A stretch of 64,000 nt of DNA from Zootoca vivipara. Taxonomy: Eukaryota. Shown here one piece after another: positions 1 to 11,820 of the stretch. The DNA lies in contig NC_083276.1 in NCBI RefSeq assembly GCF_963506605.1, positions 84,692,001 through 84,756,000 of the forward strand, read 5' to 3'. The position numbers and the translations under genes are program-made. Positions within the stretch are counted from its first letter, which is position 1. Every line of letters begins with the position of its first letter. A model generated the notes under the pieces. The model ran no database searches and had not been told where the DNA came from. It saw only the letters and a program-made list of their open reading frames with translations.

Positions 1-122
1 TAGGTTGGCAGGAGCTGGGACTAAGCAACGGGAGCTCACCCTGTCGCGGGGATTCGAACCGCCGACCTTCTGATCAGCAAGCCCTAGGCTCAGTGGTTTA
101 ACCACAGTGCCACCTGGGTCCC
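1..122 (-). mobile_element. Sauria SINE, 5' (tRNA-derived) portion, running off the window start
   Basis: Reverse complement matches the 5' part of the full-length copy at 36669 (GGGACCCAGGTGGC...GGTTCGAATCCC B-box...CAGCTCCTGCC). Confidence 0.9.
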
Positions 123-803
123 TAGTGGACCATTAATATTCATATTAGGATAATAATATCAAATTTGTAAAAGAATGTATGGGTTAGGGTATTTTTGTAT
201 ATATTCATATAATGTTTTTCCCCCTTAAAAAAAAGTAGTTCAGAGAAAATCCCAACCACTGTGTGATATACCCGACACTTAATATAGGATACATAGTTGT
301 GTTCATGGTACAGAACTTAGTACAGAACCCCTGCTGTTCCAATGTCGGAAACAATGAGGTGTGCAGGGCATCCAGAGGTTACACCCATGGTTTTCATCCC
401 ACGATAGAACCACAGATCATTACATTAATCCACCCCCTCCATCCACCCCCACTTATCTATATTCCAAACCTTTGCTTTCAGTCTTCAAGAGTAAACAGAA
501 AATGCTTTTAATTTTGAAACAGAAATGGCCTCTAATGCCAGCAAGCTATGCCAGTGAAGTGTCCAATGAACTGCAGATGTGGTCCATTTACAAACGTTTT
601 TTCCAAATTGCAACACTTGGGATTTGCTGGCACAGAATCTGGAACATAGCACCACCTGTTAGCACAATGATCATTCCCTACCTTCTTTACTCTTTCAAGT
701 AGTTTCCAGGACTTTGCAGGCTAGTCTCAAGCAGCTTCTATGTCCTTGGCTTTTAAATGAAATTACAGCGGAGCACAACCTGGAAAATTTTTCACTTCCA
801 CCC

Positions 804-809
804 TTTATT
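804..809 (-). terminator. Candidate polyadenylation signal of the DNAJB2-like gene
   Basis: AATAAA on the minus strand ~45 nt after the TAG stop at 854-856. Confidence 0.55.
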
Positions 810-853
810 ATGCATCTCTCCAGCTTCCGGGGATTTATAAGGTTCTCCTTGGT

Positions 854-2650
854 CTAGGAGTTATAGGAGCAGCTGGAAGGGGAGGTCAGGGGAGAGGAGA
901 AACTGCCCCTGCCAGGGATCTTATTTACTCTGCTCAGGAGCCTGCCAGAGATATCTGGGAGATGAGGTGTCATTCCCCCTCCTGTCCAGTAGGCTCCTCT
1001 TGGGATGTGTGCATGGATTGCTCTGCCGACGCATGGATTCCTGTCCCCTCTGGGCCAGTTGGAATGGTCTACAAATATATGGTTTCCACACAGGAAAGGA
1101 TTGCCTCCAGTATGGAGCTGCCTTGCCCCTCTCTGAGGTGGGTTGTTTATGTTGGGGAGCTGGCTCATACTGCTTGCCCACTTGTCTCCTTCTGAAATGG
1201 GCTCTTTGGAAGGCTGGTGCCCTCTGCACAAAAGCTTCCTCGTTCCATCCAGGAATTTCCTCATGCCTCCCAGAAGCCCTTCCGAGCTCTCCACTGGCTG
1301 CTTCCTGCCTCCATTGGGTCCCTGACCCTGCTCCTCAGGTGGCACAGCTGGCGGAGTACTTCCAGTTGTCCCCCTAAGGGAGGCGGGTGATGCTTCATTG
1401 CGACCCGAAGACGGCCTGCTTCCAGAAGCCGGCCTGTAGCCAGCAGGTCCTTGAGCATCTTCAGCATCTCCAGAAGATGGATCCAGAGGGTCGTGGGAGT
1501 AGCCACATCTGGGATGTGAGATGCATTCCCTCTGAGGGTTATTCCAACCCGTAGGGAACTCAAATTCAGGAGTCGTGGCATCTTTAAGCTCCGATTCATT
1601 CTGCTGCGGGGGCCACTCATACACAGGTGAGTACTCGCAATCATATGGAGACTCGTACACCGGGGAGTCCTTGCAGGTATAGTGCGTTTCGTATATTGGA
1701 GGAGTATCGTAGCCGTATTGCCATTCATACAAAGAAGAGTTGTCGAACCTGTACTGAGACTTTGGTCCAGAGGTCTCATATATGTATGGCGAATCAGATG
1801 GAGAGAAGTCATCATCGTACTGTGACTCATAAATGGGGGAGTATCTGCAGCTATACCGAGGGTCATATATGGTAGAAAACTCATACGCATTTTGTGACTC
1901 GTACACAGGAGAGGCTGTGTATTTACAATGGGCTCCATTTTTCTTCACAGGAGATGAGCACCTGGAAGGCATCTCATAAGCCGTGTAAGAACTGCATCCA
2001 TACTGCGGTTCGTACGTGGAAGACGAAGGATAGGCTGAAGGCACCTCATCTTTCACCACCTCATAGACAGTACATGGGTTCTTCCACCTGTCGTAGGACT
2101 CAAATCCCTCAGGAGCCTCATCATCTTCATCATACCCCGGCCCCAATCCATTTCCATCATTCTCCTTGTATTCTGGGACCGACTCATACTCCGTCTGTAT
2201 TTCACTGCCCACTGCTTCTATGTTGTTGCTTTCGTTTTCACCTACAATAACCACAGAAACAAAAACCGTTGGGTTATGGAAAACGAGCAAGATCGCAAAT
2301 AAAGAAGAATGGCAACTTATGCTGATGGAATATGCACAGCTTGCAGACTTAACATATAGAATGCGAGGACAAGACGAACACATGGTTAGAGAAGATTGGA
2401 AAATGTTTATTGAATATATTGGGGGGGACTGGGCACTTGAAAACGCTGGCAGCGTTAAGATAAATTCAACAGTGTAAATACGTTTTGATGGATGTAAAAT
2501 GGAATACTGAATGGTTTAGTTTATGTAAAATATGCAGGGATTTATGATATGCAAAATGAACCATGGAAAGAGAAGACGGGAAGTCATTGATATTTTAAGG
2601 ATGTTTAAATGAGTATTCTAAATTGTAATACAGGAAATCTAATAAAATAT

Positions 2651-2700
<50 letters not shown>

Positions 2701-4055
2701 GGTGCCTCGCAAGACGAAATTAATTCGTTCCGCGAGTCTCTTCGTCTTGCGATAATTTCGCCTTGTGATAATTTCGTCTTGCAAAGCGCGGTCTGCCGCG
2801 GCAAAAAAAAAACCGCCAAAAAAACCCTGTCTTGCAAAGCGCAGCCATAGAAAACGTCATCTTGCGAGTCACCAAAAACATTGCAAAACACTTTCGTCTT
2901 GCGAGTTTTTCGTTGCGCAAGGCANNNNNNNNNNNNNNNNNNNNNNNNNNNNNNNNNNNNNNNNNNNNNNNNNNNNNNNNNNNNNNNNNNNNNNNNNNNN
3001 NNNNNNNNNNNNNNNNNNNNNNNNNNNNNNNNNNNNNNNNNNNNNNNNNNNNNNNNNNNNNNNNNNNNNNNNNNNNNNNNNNNNNNNNNNNNNCTTTTTA
3101 ATAAGCAACTCATTTCCCAAGACAAGGTTCAGCACTCCTAATACTTCCACCAATAGAAAGGGCACTGCAGGTGGGGAACAAATTTCCATCTAGACCAGGG
3201 ATGGTTAGGCTGTAGACCTCCAGGTGTTGTTGGACTACAATTCCCATCGTCCATGCTGGCTGGGACTGGTGAAGGTTGAAATCCAACAACCTCTGGAGGG
3301 CCACAGGGTAATAACCCCTGTACTAGACAAGTCCCCAGCACTAGGAAGTAAAAGACCCTGCTTGTTTTATTCATTCATTCCCCTATCAAGAAAGAGACTT
3401 ACTGATGCTGAGGTACTTAACCAAAGAGTTGGAAGAACTCAGTCATGGTGGGGGAAGACTGGAATGGTTTCCAGTCACAGAATTCCAGCACTTGTCCCTA
3501 TACATAGTTTTGACTTTTTCATAAGACTGCTCAAATGACCCATCATTATCTCTAAGATGAACCAAGAACGTATCAGACAGCAAGCCACGGCCTTTCCCAA
3601 CCTGCTGCCCGCCAGATGTTACTGGACTGCAATTCCCATCAGCTCCAGACAACATAGCCAACAGTCAGAGATTGCGGGTGTCATGGGCCCTGTGCTGCCA
3701 GGCAGGATGGGGTGGGAATGCCAGAGAATGATCCAGAAGTTGGGGTGGACAGAGTTCAGGCAGTGACTTGGGAGAGGGTCTCGCCCCACTGTTTTCAGAT
3801 GTCACAATAAGGGAGAGGAGCTGGTTGAGTCAGTCCCTACCACGCCTTCTGAGAATGAAGCTACCAGAGTAATTGAGGAGGTGGCTTGCTAATCAGTGGA
3901 GCCAGGTGAAGCGGAGATGGAGGAAGAGTCAGTGTTGGACTCGGGTCACATGGCCAAAGATGTGCCATTGTATGCACCTGCATGGACAGCTCCTTCTCCC
4001 TGTAAGGGTGCATGCTCCCAAGCTCAGCCTTCTTGCTTGGAATGAGAATTGCATG

Positions 4056-4102
<47 letters not shown>

Positions 4103-5392
4103 TAAAAGTAGAGCAGGAGCATCATGTCAGTTGCTTGGACGATGCCTGTGCTTATGCCTATCCATGTGTTAGAACGATGTACTCTGTAGTTTGAACTAAT
4201 GCTGCAGGGGTCGCCAACCTAAGGCCCATGGGCCATAAGCGGCCCATGGGGGTCGTTTAACCAGCCCATGAGCCTCCCCCGAACCGTGCCGCCTGCTCGG
4301 TGAGTCCCTGCACACTGCGCTAAACCATCGCAGCACAGCGCAGGGACTCACTTCCGCAGTGCCGGAAATTGTGTCTGCACATGCTCACACATTGAAAAAC
4401 GCGTCTGGAAATCACGCTGGAAATCACAGTCATGCGCACTCATGCATGTGCGTGATCTGACCCACAGAGGGATCTCCGCTGGAGTGAACCAGCCCAGGTG
4501 AGGTGAACCTTGCCGACCCCTGGCTGAGACCATGTGCTGATTTCATAAATTAACTTTCAGATTTCCCTGAGCTGAGAGTCTGAGTATTGTTTCAACAATG
4601 AACTTTACAGTGCTTAAAGGGTGGTTCACTCCTACCCCTTTACTTATGGAGAAGGGGATGTCTAATCCACATTAGGATTTGTTGGTACAGTGTTAAAAGA
4701 TGATAGTTTAACATCAAATACAAAAGTGTAATCTGTAGCCAGGATAAAAAGACTCAGGCCTCATACTTTCTTCTGTACCTGCCTGTGAATAACAGGTTGC
4801 TCTAGAATAATTCTGAGCTCTATGAACTTTACTGTGGCCCCAAATCGTTTCTTCCTACCTGAAGCCTCAGCAGATTTTAGCTCTCTATCATCCTTAGCTT
4901 CTACTTGTTCAGAATCTTTATCTGGAGACCTGGGAAATCAACACACAGGAGTTACCCAGTGGAAAGCAAACAGATGGACATCCTTTCCCCATCTACCACA
5001 ACGATGCTGTTTTAAAAATCTATCCATGGCCTTTTTAGATTCTAGAAGTTATGGGGCTATAGCTCATGTCTTCCAGCTACTACCTAGCAGCAGAAGGCAC
5101 GGCACCACCATACTCACAGTTTTCACATCCCCTGCAAGCAGCAGCAGCAAATGAAGTGAGGGAGGAACAGGGGAACTCTGAACATGATGACATCTTGTCA
5201 CATGTCAGCTTTTACCAGATCCTGGGGTGAGGGTGGGGAAATGCAGATCTGTGGTAGCCATGTATCCCCACCACAACCCAGCAACCCAGATGCTTAGAAG
5301 GTTGAGGTAAGTTTCATCTGATTTAGTATTTTAATTTTTGTATCTTTTCAAGTATGGTTGTGATATAATCAAGCAGTGTACAAACTTTATGA

Positions 5393-5437
<45 letters not shown>

Positions 5438-5515
5438 GATTTAGTTCTGTCCTTCAGATTTGTTCCATAAAAGGATACATCTTTCTGGGTACTTTTTGGC
5501 TTAATAATAATAATA

Positions 5516-5548
<33 letters not shown>

Positions 5549-8500
5549 TATACCCCACCCATCTGGCTGGGTTTCCCCAGCCACTCTGGGTGGCTTCCAG
5601 AAGGATATTAAAGTACAATAATCTATTAAACATTAAAAGCTTCCCTTCAGGCCTGCATAACCCTTGGCATCTCATTGCCAGATGCTGGGGAGAGAGGTTC
5701 CCTAGGTTTTCTGAGGGCTTCTCTGCTGGGAGTTCCCTGCTGGTAGGCTAATGCTTTTTGTGCACATGCGCCTCTGCCTTGAACCACTGCTTAGCTCTGT
5801 TGACCAGCAGCTACTAGGCCATCCCACCTCTGCTTCGCCTTGCATTCAGGGACAGCTGAGGCACAACTCATACCTTTTCCTGCTTATTATGTTTCTTAAA
5901 CTGAAGACTTTGGGATCAAGAGAGAAGAAACATAGTGATCTTTTGGGTCCAAATGTTATTGAAACACCTGCAAAAGAAGACGACAAATTCATTGCTGGGA
6001 ACTCATGACCAATGCTAGCAGGCAGCTGAGGTTATCACTGTGCTACTGTCCAGTTGCCAGTCATGCCTGCACCCCATCAGATAGTATCCTCCAAAGAATG
6101 GTTATCTATTTTTCCTTCAGGACAACCCCCCCTACCCAAGGCAGTTTGCTGCTTCAAAGCCTTGAAGGAGGGCTCAGTTTCCCTCCCTCACAGCAATGCC
6201 GCGAGGGAGGGAAACGGAGCCCTCCCTCATGGTTTGCCCCAAAGCAGCGGGCTGAGCAGGCGGAGGCAGCACAGCCCTGCGGAGCGCGAGTTCAGCGTTC
6301 CAGCCCGCAGCGCCACAACTCCCAGCTTCCCGTTGCGCCCTCTGGCTGCCCGCCGCGCTTGGCCTTGCCGGAGGGCGTGACGGTCAGCTGGAGGGAGGGC
6401 GCAGCGCGGCAGCCAGAATGCCTAACTCACGCTCCTCCGGGCTGTGCCGCCTCCGCCTGCTCAGCTGAAGCGGCGGAGTGACGCTGCCCAGGGCTAGGAC
6501 GGCCCTGGGCAGGCTGGCCTGCGCCCCCTCCATTTTGGCGCTCTAGGCGATTGCCTAGTTCGCCTAAATGGACGCACCGGCCCTGTGCCCATCACTCTAC
6601 TAAGGGAAAGTGGGACATTCCAGGATCAAACCAGAAACAGGGATAACTTCTCTAAATCAGGGACATCCCTGGAAAACAGGGACACTTGGAGGGTCTGCCA
6701 CCCCCGAGGGAGAAGGCTAACAGAGAGGGTGCAAGCCAGGCCATGCAGAACACAGCTGGGTCCACTCTCTGCCCAGAGGTAGCTCTCACTCTACCTAATG
6801 ATAGGGCCATCCCTGGAGAACAGAAACAAGGTTTCTTTAACAACATGTAGGCTTTCTGCGCATTTAATCCATGCTACAAAGGGCCCTAATACACATTGAT
6901 TGAAAAGTGGAGTAGTGGAAAACATTGGAGAGAGGGGGAACCTGCTACCCTACCCCTTGCAATCACCTGTGACTGAAAGACTGGCCCATGATATGGCTAA
7001 GCAGAAATTTGAAGGGGAAAAAAGATCTCCTCCTCCTTTGTTGAAATTCAGCGTTCTGTCTACTGTGCCAAACTGACTAGCAGAAGCAGCAAGAGAAAAG
7101 GTTCAGAGCTCAACTGGAGAAAACTGGAGAGCCAGACTAGCTACTAGAGAAACGGAGGTCAGCCCCCACAACAAGGAAAGGTTTGGCGGGGAGGGGAAAG
7201 GAAGGACTCCTAACATCTCCCATAACAGAAGGAGAAAAGCTGAGAGGAGGTTACAGCCGATCAGAAGGCAGAAGAATGGCAGAAGCATTCCAGGTTAGAC
7301 AGAGGGATTCACATTTAAAGGCTGGTGGTAACATCCTACCTGAGTCTTCTGAAATGGAGATAGAAAATAAGGGGCCTCGTAAGTACCATGGGACATCTTC
7401 TTCCTTTTTGGCTAAGAAAGCAGAAGAGTGGGGATAAAATTCAACTCATGGCAACAGCAAGTGGCTTTAGGTGCAAACTTAAGTCATTGCAATCCTGGAG
7501 TTCCTTTCTCTTTTATTGCACCCTCCTCCACCACTCACTGCTGTTCTATCTGTTTGGAATCATCTCCCCTTATTGTCAAATTCCTCTTTGGAGCCTCTTT
7601 AGGTGTTTAAAAACTGGCCTTTGTAAAAGCTACATCAGTCGTCCCAGATTTGAGTGTAACAGTGGAGGAATGCTCAGACTTTAAATGCATGGAATTCTGT
7701 TGCTGCTACTATGAAATAAAATAATAATAATAGAAATGAAATACAACTACTGCTACTACTGCCAGCCACAATGACTTCTGCTACTACAAAATAGAAGCAA
7801 CCACAGTGAAAATGATGTTTGCATTAGTAGTTAGTAGTTGTAGAATCTACCAAAGAAATTTGTTTGTTTGTTGAAGTCTAATTTTCCACCAAGCTATGGT
7901 CCATGTTCAGCCTGGTAGAACTCCAGTGGCTGAGTGGATCTCCTGTCAGTGGGAACCACAGGAAGACTGCAAACAATAAAGGACAGAATTCACAGTTTTA
8001 GAGACAGATACCCAAGAGGAAAGGGCTGAGTGGGGCCAAGGGATCCTGAAATTCTTTATTCCCGGGGACCGTGGCCTGTTATCTCAACATAGAATAACAA
8101 CCCTTCAGTAACAAAGTCTAAATCTTAGCTCTCAAAACACAATCCAGAGAAGAATGACGCTTACCAGCATAAGAGTCTGAGCTGCCAAACATCTCTCGGA
8201 AAACCTCCCAGGGGCTGCGGAATGTGAATTTCAAATCATCTCCTTCAGGAACTGCTGGGGTAGTAAACATGATTTGCAAACACGTCACTGAAGTCCTGGG
8301 ATGCTCCCACTGTATAATTTTTATGAAGAAAAAAATGGGGAAGCCCCTTCCCTTTCTGGAGCAGGGCTGTGTAGCCAGGATGAGTAGTCCGTGACTGGGG
8401 CTTATTTGTGAAACACTCAAGGAAACCCACCTCTCCACTCAGCACAAGGGATTCTGTGTGAGCTGGTCGCACAGGGAGTTTTAATACAAGACATCCGGGG

Positions 8501-11500
8501 GGGGGCTCCTGTGGGCTCCAGTTATGAGTTCAGAACAAGATGCTAGAGAAATGTTAGCCAAATGTGAGGTCTGTGGGCCTTAGAAGAAAGATGTGTGAAA
8601 TAGTAGGAAAAGTGTTATGTATTCAGTGGTCTGCATTTGTCTGAGCTTGAGTCTGGACTAAGGAGTCTGAGCCCCTGTGTTCTGATTTGATACATGACAT
8701 CCAATCACTGAACATTTCAGGGTCTGGGCCTATGTCATTGGCCCTTAAACTCTGAGTCATGATTCGCAGCTTGGAAGTTTAGACAGCCAATCACTTTGGG
8801 AGTGGCCCGGGCCTTCAGAAATGTATACAGTACCGGTAGTACCTCGAGTTACAAATGCCTCAGGTTACAAACACTTCAGGTTACAAACTCCACTAACCTG
8901 GAGGAGTTACCTCAAATTGAGAACTTTGCCCCAGGATGAGAACGGAAATTGTGTGCCAGTGGCGCAGTGGCAGCAAGAGGCCCTATTAGCGAAAGCACGC
9001 CTCTTGTTAAGAACAGTTTCAGGTTAAGAACGGACCTCCGGAATGAATTAAGTTCGTAACTTGAGGTACCACTGTATAAGCAGTTGCTTCGTGCCTGTTG
9101 TCCCATTCTGTTAATTCAATAAAGGTTCTTGCTGTTTCCACTGTTTCTTGCCTTGTGGGAACCCACCTACACTTCAGAAAGAATATTGTTACAAAAGCGG
9201 GATGCCTACCCCCTCTCTGCCAAGTGGTGGCAAAAGCCCATAGGGTCCCAGGCACACACACAGGGTCTGTGTCCCTTTGGAGAATGGAAGACATGGGGGA
9301 GACTGTCGTGCTTTAAGAAATATGGCTTATTCCTCTATTTACACCTTCAGTCTGCACGAAATAAATCCAGATCTTACAGCACACGGACTTCCAGAGGCAG
9401 CAGCACAAGCAACCTCCAGGCTGCTTCCCTCAAAGATAGATCCCAGCTCCTCTTCTTCCTTCTCTCTCCCAGAAACCCCTTGCTTGAAAAATCCCTTTTC
9501 CTGTCCCCTCAAACATACACCCCATCACCTGGGTAACATCTCACCCTCTAGACTAAAGGATTCCTCTCCTCAATGGCTCATCGACACATTTTGTCACCAT
9601 TAGGTTTGCTCTTCACTAAGCCAACCAGACTGGTTTGCATAAGGCAGCCTAGGAATTCCTTTGCAACTTGCATTCTCCTTTCATACCACAAATAACCAAA
9701 ACCGTAGCATGTGTTGAGAACTAGGGTTGACCCTAATCTATAACATGGACAGGCAAATCTTAGCCTATATGTGAGGTTCATGGGCCTTAGAAGAAAGATG
9801 TGTGAAATAGTAGAGAAAGAATATATTTCTTACCTGCCGCTGTGATTCCATCCCCATAGCAGTCATAACGTTCACGCTTGGCCTCTGAAGAAAGGAAGGA
9901 CTAAGTTGGCAAGTTCACAAGTAAAATGGTAATCTTTGCAGCATCTAGAAGCTATACTCTGGCTCTGCAATATGAAACCTGGCTTCTGCAGGTAACAATG
10001 TTGGCTCCAGGTTTAAGGAGACCCTGAGTAGCCTAGTCTCTTTCTCATCATTGTTACTGCTGCCTCTTCACTTGTTGGGTGAATCCCGCCTTGCAGTTTG
10101 TTAAGGGCACTGGGAATTTTAGCTCAGCTGGGGAGTAAACTACAGTTCCCATGCTCTTTTGGGGGGAGAGGGAACTGTGTGCTTTGAATGTGCTCTGCCC
10201 AATTTGCACCACTGCCACAGATGGAGGGAACAAGGCTGCTCCTTCTTTTTGCTCCTGTCCTTTCTCACTTGGTTTGGGCAGGTGAGCAGGCAATGACAGC
10301 GAAGAGAATTAGCAGGAGTTGGATTAAGGGGCTCCCGAGGTTAGGAGTGGGAGCCACTCATAGAATGTGGGCCTTGGCAGATGCCTGGCAGTGCCAAACC
10401 CTGATAACAAACCTGCCAGGTAATAATTTTCCATAGTTTACAAAAAAAAAAGGCCTCTCCCCATAATCCATGTCTATTGCTATCAACTCCCTGGTCTAGA
10501 CGTGTAATCGAAAATAAAGATGGAAATTCCAGAGAGACAGCCGTCACAATGAAGTGACTTTGGCTTACAGGGGATGTGAAAATCAGTGTCCCAAAGTCCA
10601 GGGAGATATATAAGCCTATGGGATCCCAAATAATCTGAGAGAGAGTCAGTGGCAGAAAGATGAACTTGGTCGCTTACTGTCTGACAACACTTCATAAGCT
10701 TCTGTAACTTCTTTGAATTTCTGCTCAGCATAATTCTTCCTATCTGGATTTTTATCCGGGTGCCACTGTAGGGCTTTCTTTCTGTACCTGCACAGACCCA
10801 GGAGAGAAAGGGAATGCAGTATTTGAGCGTCACAGCACCTTCTGCAACAATAAACCGCCTTCAATGCAAATCCCAGTTAAGAACGTAAAAAGAGCCCAAA
10901 CACCTATGTAGTCCTGATTTCTGTTCTTACAGTGACCAACCAGATACCCATGCAAGACTGGCACAAGAATTTGGGGGGATCCTTGGCATTGTGCCAATTA
11001 TGCGCCACCCACCTATGCACAAACACCACCTCAGCCAGACCCAGCACATACTTTTTCTGCCACGGCTGCTATTTTGGTGCTCTCCACTGGATCACCAGGC
11101 ACTGACCATGTGTCTTAAGTCCCCCAAAATCCAATGCCCCAATCCATAAAGCTATGAAATCTATAGACGGTGGACAGTCACCATGAAGGTAAGCTGAGTT
11201 TAATAGGGCCTTTCTTGTTCTTGCTCTAAAGCACTGCTTGCCTGTTTACCACTGAAACATGTCTGGTGGCCCAGTGGGGAACAGCCCATGATGCAATTGC
11301 CAAAGCACCATTTTCTATATTAAAGAAAATACGCTATGACATACCCTCTGTCATCCTGCTGAACAAAATCAGGATGCTTTTTTGTTGTTGTTGTTGTTGT
11401 TCTGAGCTCTCACGGGAGCCAGCACAAGCTCTCACACACAAGCACACGAAACAAAAAAAAAAGCATATTTTGGTTTGGTGCTCTGGCGCAAGCCAGCTGA

Positions 11501-11820
11501 CTCACACAAGAGCAGCAGATGAAAAAACAGGCCATTTCGGAATCCGGCCAGAAGCTGGGATGGCTTCTGTAATTCCAGGATGCCCCACCAAAAATGGGGA
11601 TGGTTGAGGGGTGTGCTGTCATGTATTAAATGTTGTGTGGCGTGTTAATTGAACTGGCATCAGGAATCTTTTTTTCCTGCCTCACACACGGCTTGAGTTG
11701 CGGACAAAAGAGAGAAGAACGCTGAGAATTCAAGAGAAAGACTTACGCCTTTTTAATATCATTGTCGGAGGCATCCCGGGGAATCTCTAAAAGCTTATAA
11801 TAGTCTGGCACGGCATCCAT
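854..11820 (-). CDS. DnaJ homolog subfamily B member 2-like protein (divergent paralog, ~649 aa) with a long Tyr/Ser/Pro-rich C-terminal extension
   Basis: GT-AG coding exons 11820-11747, 10787-10678, 9884-9834, 8254-8165, 7411-7340, 5967-5874, 4929-4859, 2241-854 total 1950 nt with compatible phases. Translation: [40 protein letters not shown]...[13 protein letters not shown] (J domain, HPD), [15 protein letters not shown] (DNAJB2/B6 helix V), [20 protein letters not shown] (cf. DNAJB2 ERVEVEEDGQLKS). The 110-nt and 71-nt exons match DNAJB2/B6 architecture as recalled. J-domain exons are secure; the middle exons are less so. Confidence 0.8.
1610..2038 (-). repeat. Degenerate coding tandem repeat, ~10 units of 12 aa (36 nt), consensus Y-x-C-x-x-S-P-[VI]-Y-E-S-[QP]
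   Basis: Tyr codons of the Y[ED] motifs start at 1619, 1655, 1691, 1727, 1778, 1829, 1865, 1901, 1976 and 2012; six of the nine intervals are exactly 36 nt. Confidence 0.85.
2274..2652 (+). mobile_element. L1-clade LINE 3' end fragment
   Basis: Translates as WK...[22 protein letters not shown]...EDWKMFIEY, resembling the squamate L1 ORF2 C-terminus, followed by an AT-rich 3' UTR and AATAAA. Confidence 0.65.
2654..2697. repeat. (CA)n microsatellite
   Basis: Perfect CA run of about 22 units. Confidence 0.95.
2697..2924. mobile_element. Tc1/mariner (Tigger/pogo-like) MITE, truncated by the assembly gap
   Basis: Starts CAGTGGTGCCTCGC, similar to the CAGTGGTACCTC TIRs elsewhere; internal TTCGTCTTGCG subrepeats. 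Confidence 0.6.
2925..3093. other. Assembly gap (N run)
   Basis: 169 Ns. Confidence 0.99.
4057..4100. repeat. (CA)n microsatellite
   Basis: Perfect CA run. Confidence 0.95.
4205..4522. mobile_element. hAT-type MITE
   Basis: Imperfect TIRs CAGGGGTCGCCAAC / CTTGCCGACCCCTG; no clean TSD seen. Confidence 0.6.
5393..5650. repeat. (AAT)n/(TTA)n microsatellites with an adjoining L2-like 3' tail
   Basis: AAT run at 5393-5435 and TAA/TTA run at 5502-5550, followed by TATACCCCACCCATCTGGCTGGG, typical of lizard L2-type 3' ends in reverse orientation. Confidence 0.6.
8828..9074. mobile_element. Tigger/pogo-like MITE
   Basis: TIR-like ends GTAGTACCTCGAG / TTGAGGTACCACTG flanked by TA; same family as 48751-49321. 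Confidence 0.75.

Noticed and set aside
2242-2383. N-terminal 47 aa of the 509-aa ORF, read as a single-exon gene with a hydrophobic leader
   Set aside because: It overlaps an antisense L1 fragment, and a good phase-1 acceptor at 2242/2241 links the rest to the DNAJ exons.
2595-3193. ORFs containing long X runs (also 18057-18471)
   Set aside because: Artefacts of N gaps plus microsatellite or MITE sequence.
7878-7966. Possible extra DNAJ exon after a TTTGCAG acceptor
   Set aside because: Runs into a stop without a strong donor and has no DNAJB similarity; 7411-7340 fits better.
854-11820. Assigning the symbol DNAJB2 outright
   Set aside because: It lacks UIM and CAAX and is highly diverged outside the J domain; a paralog is more likely, but this cannot be settled without the neighbouring window.
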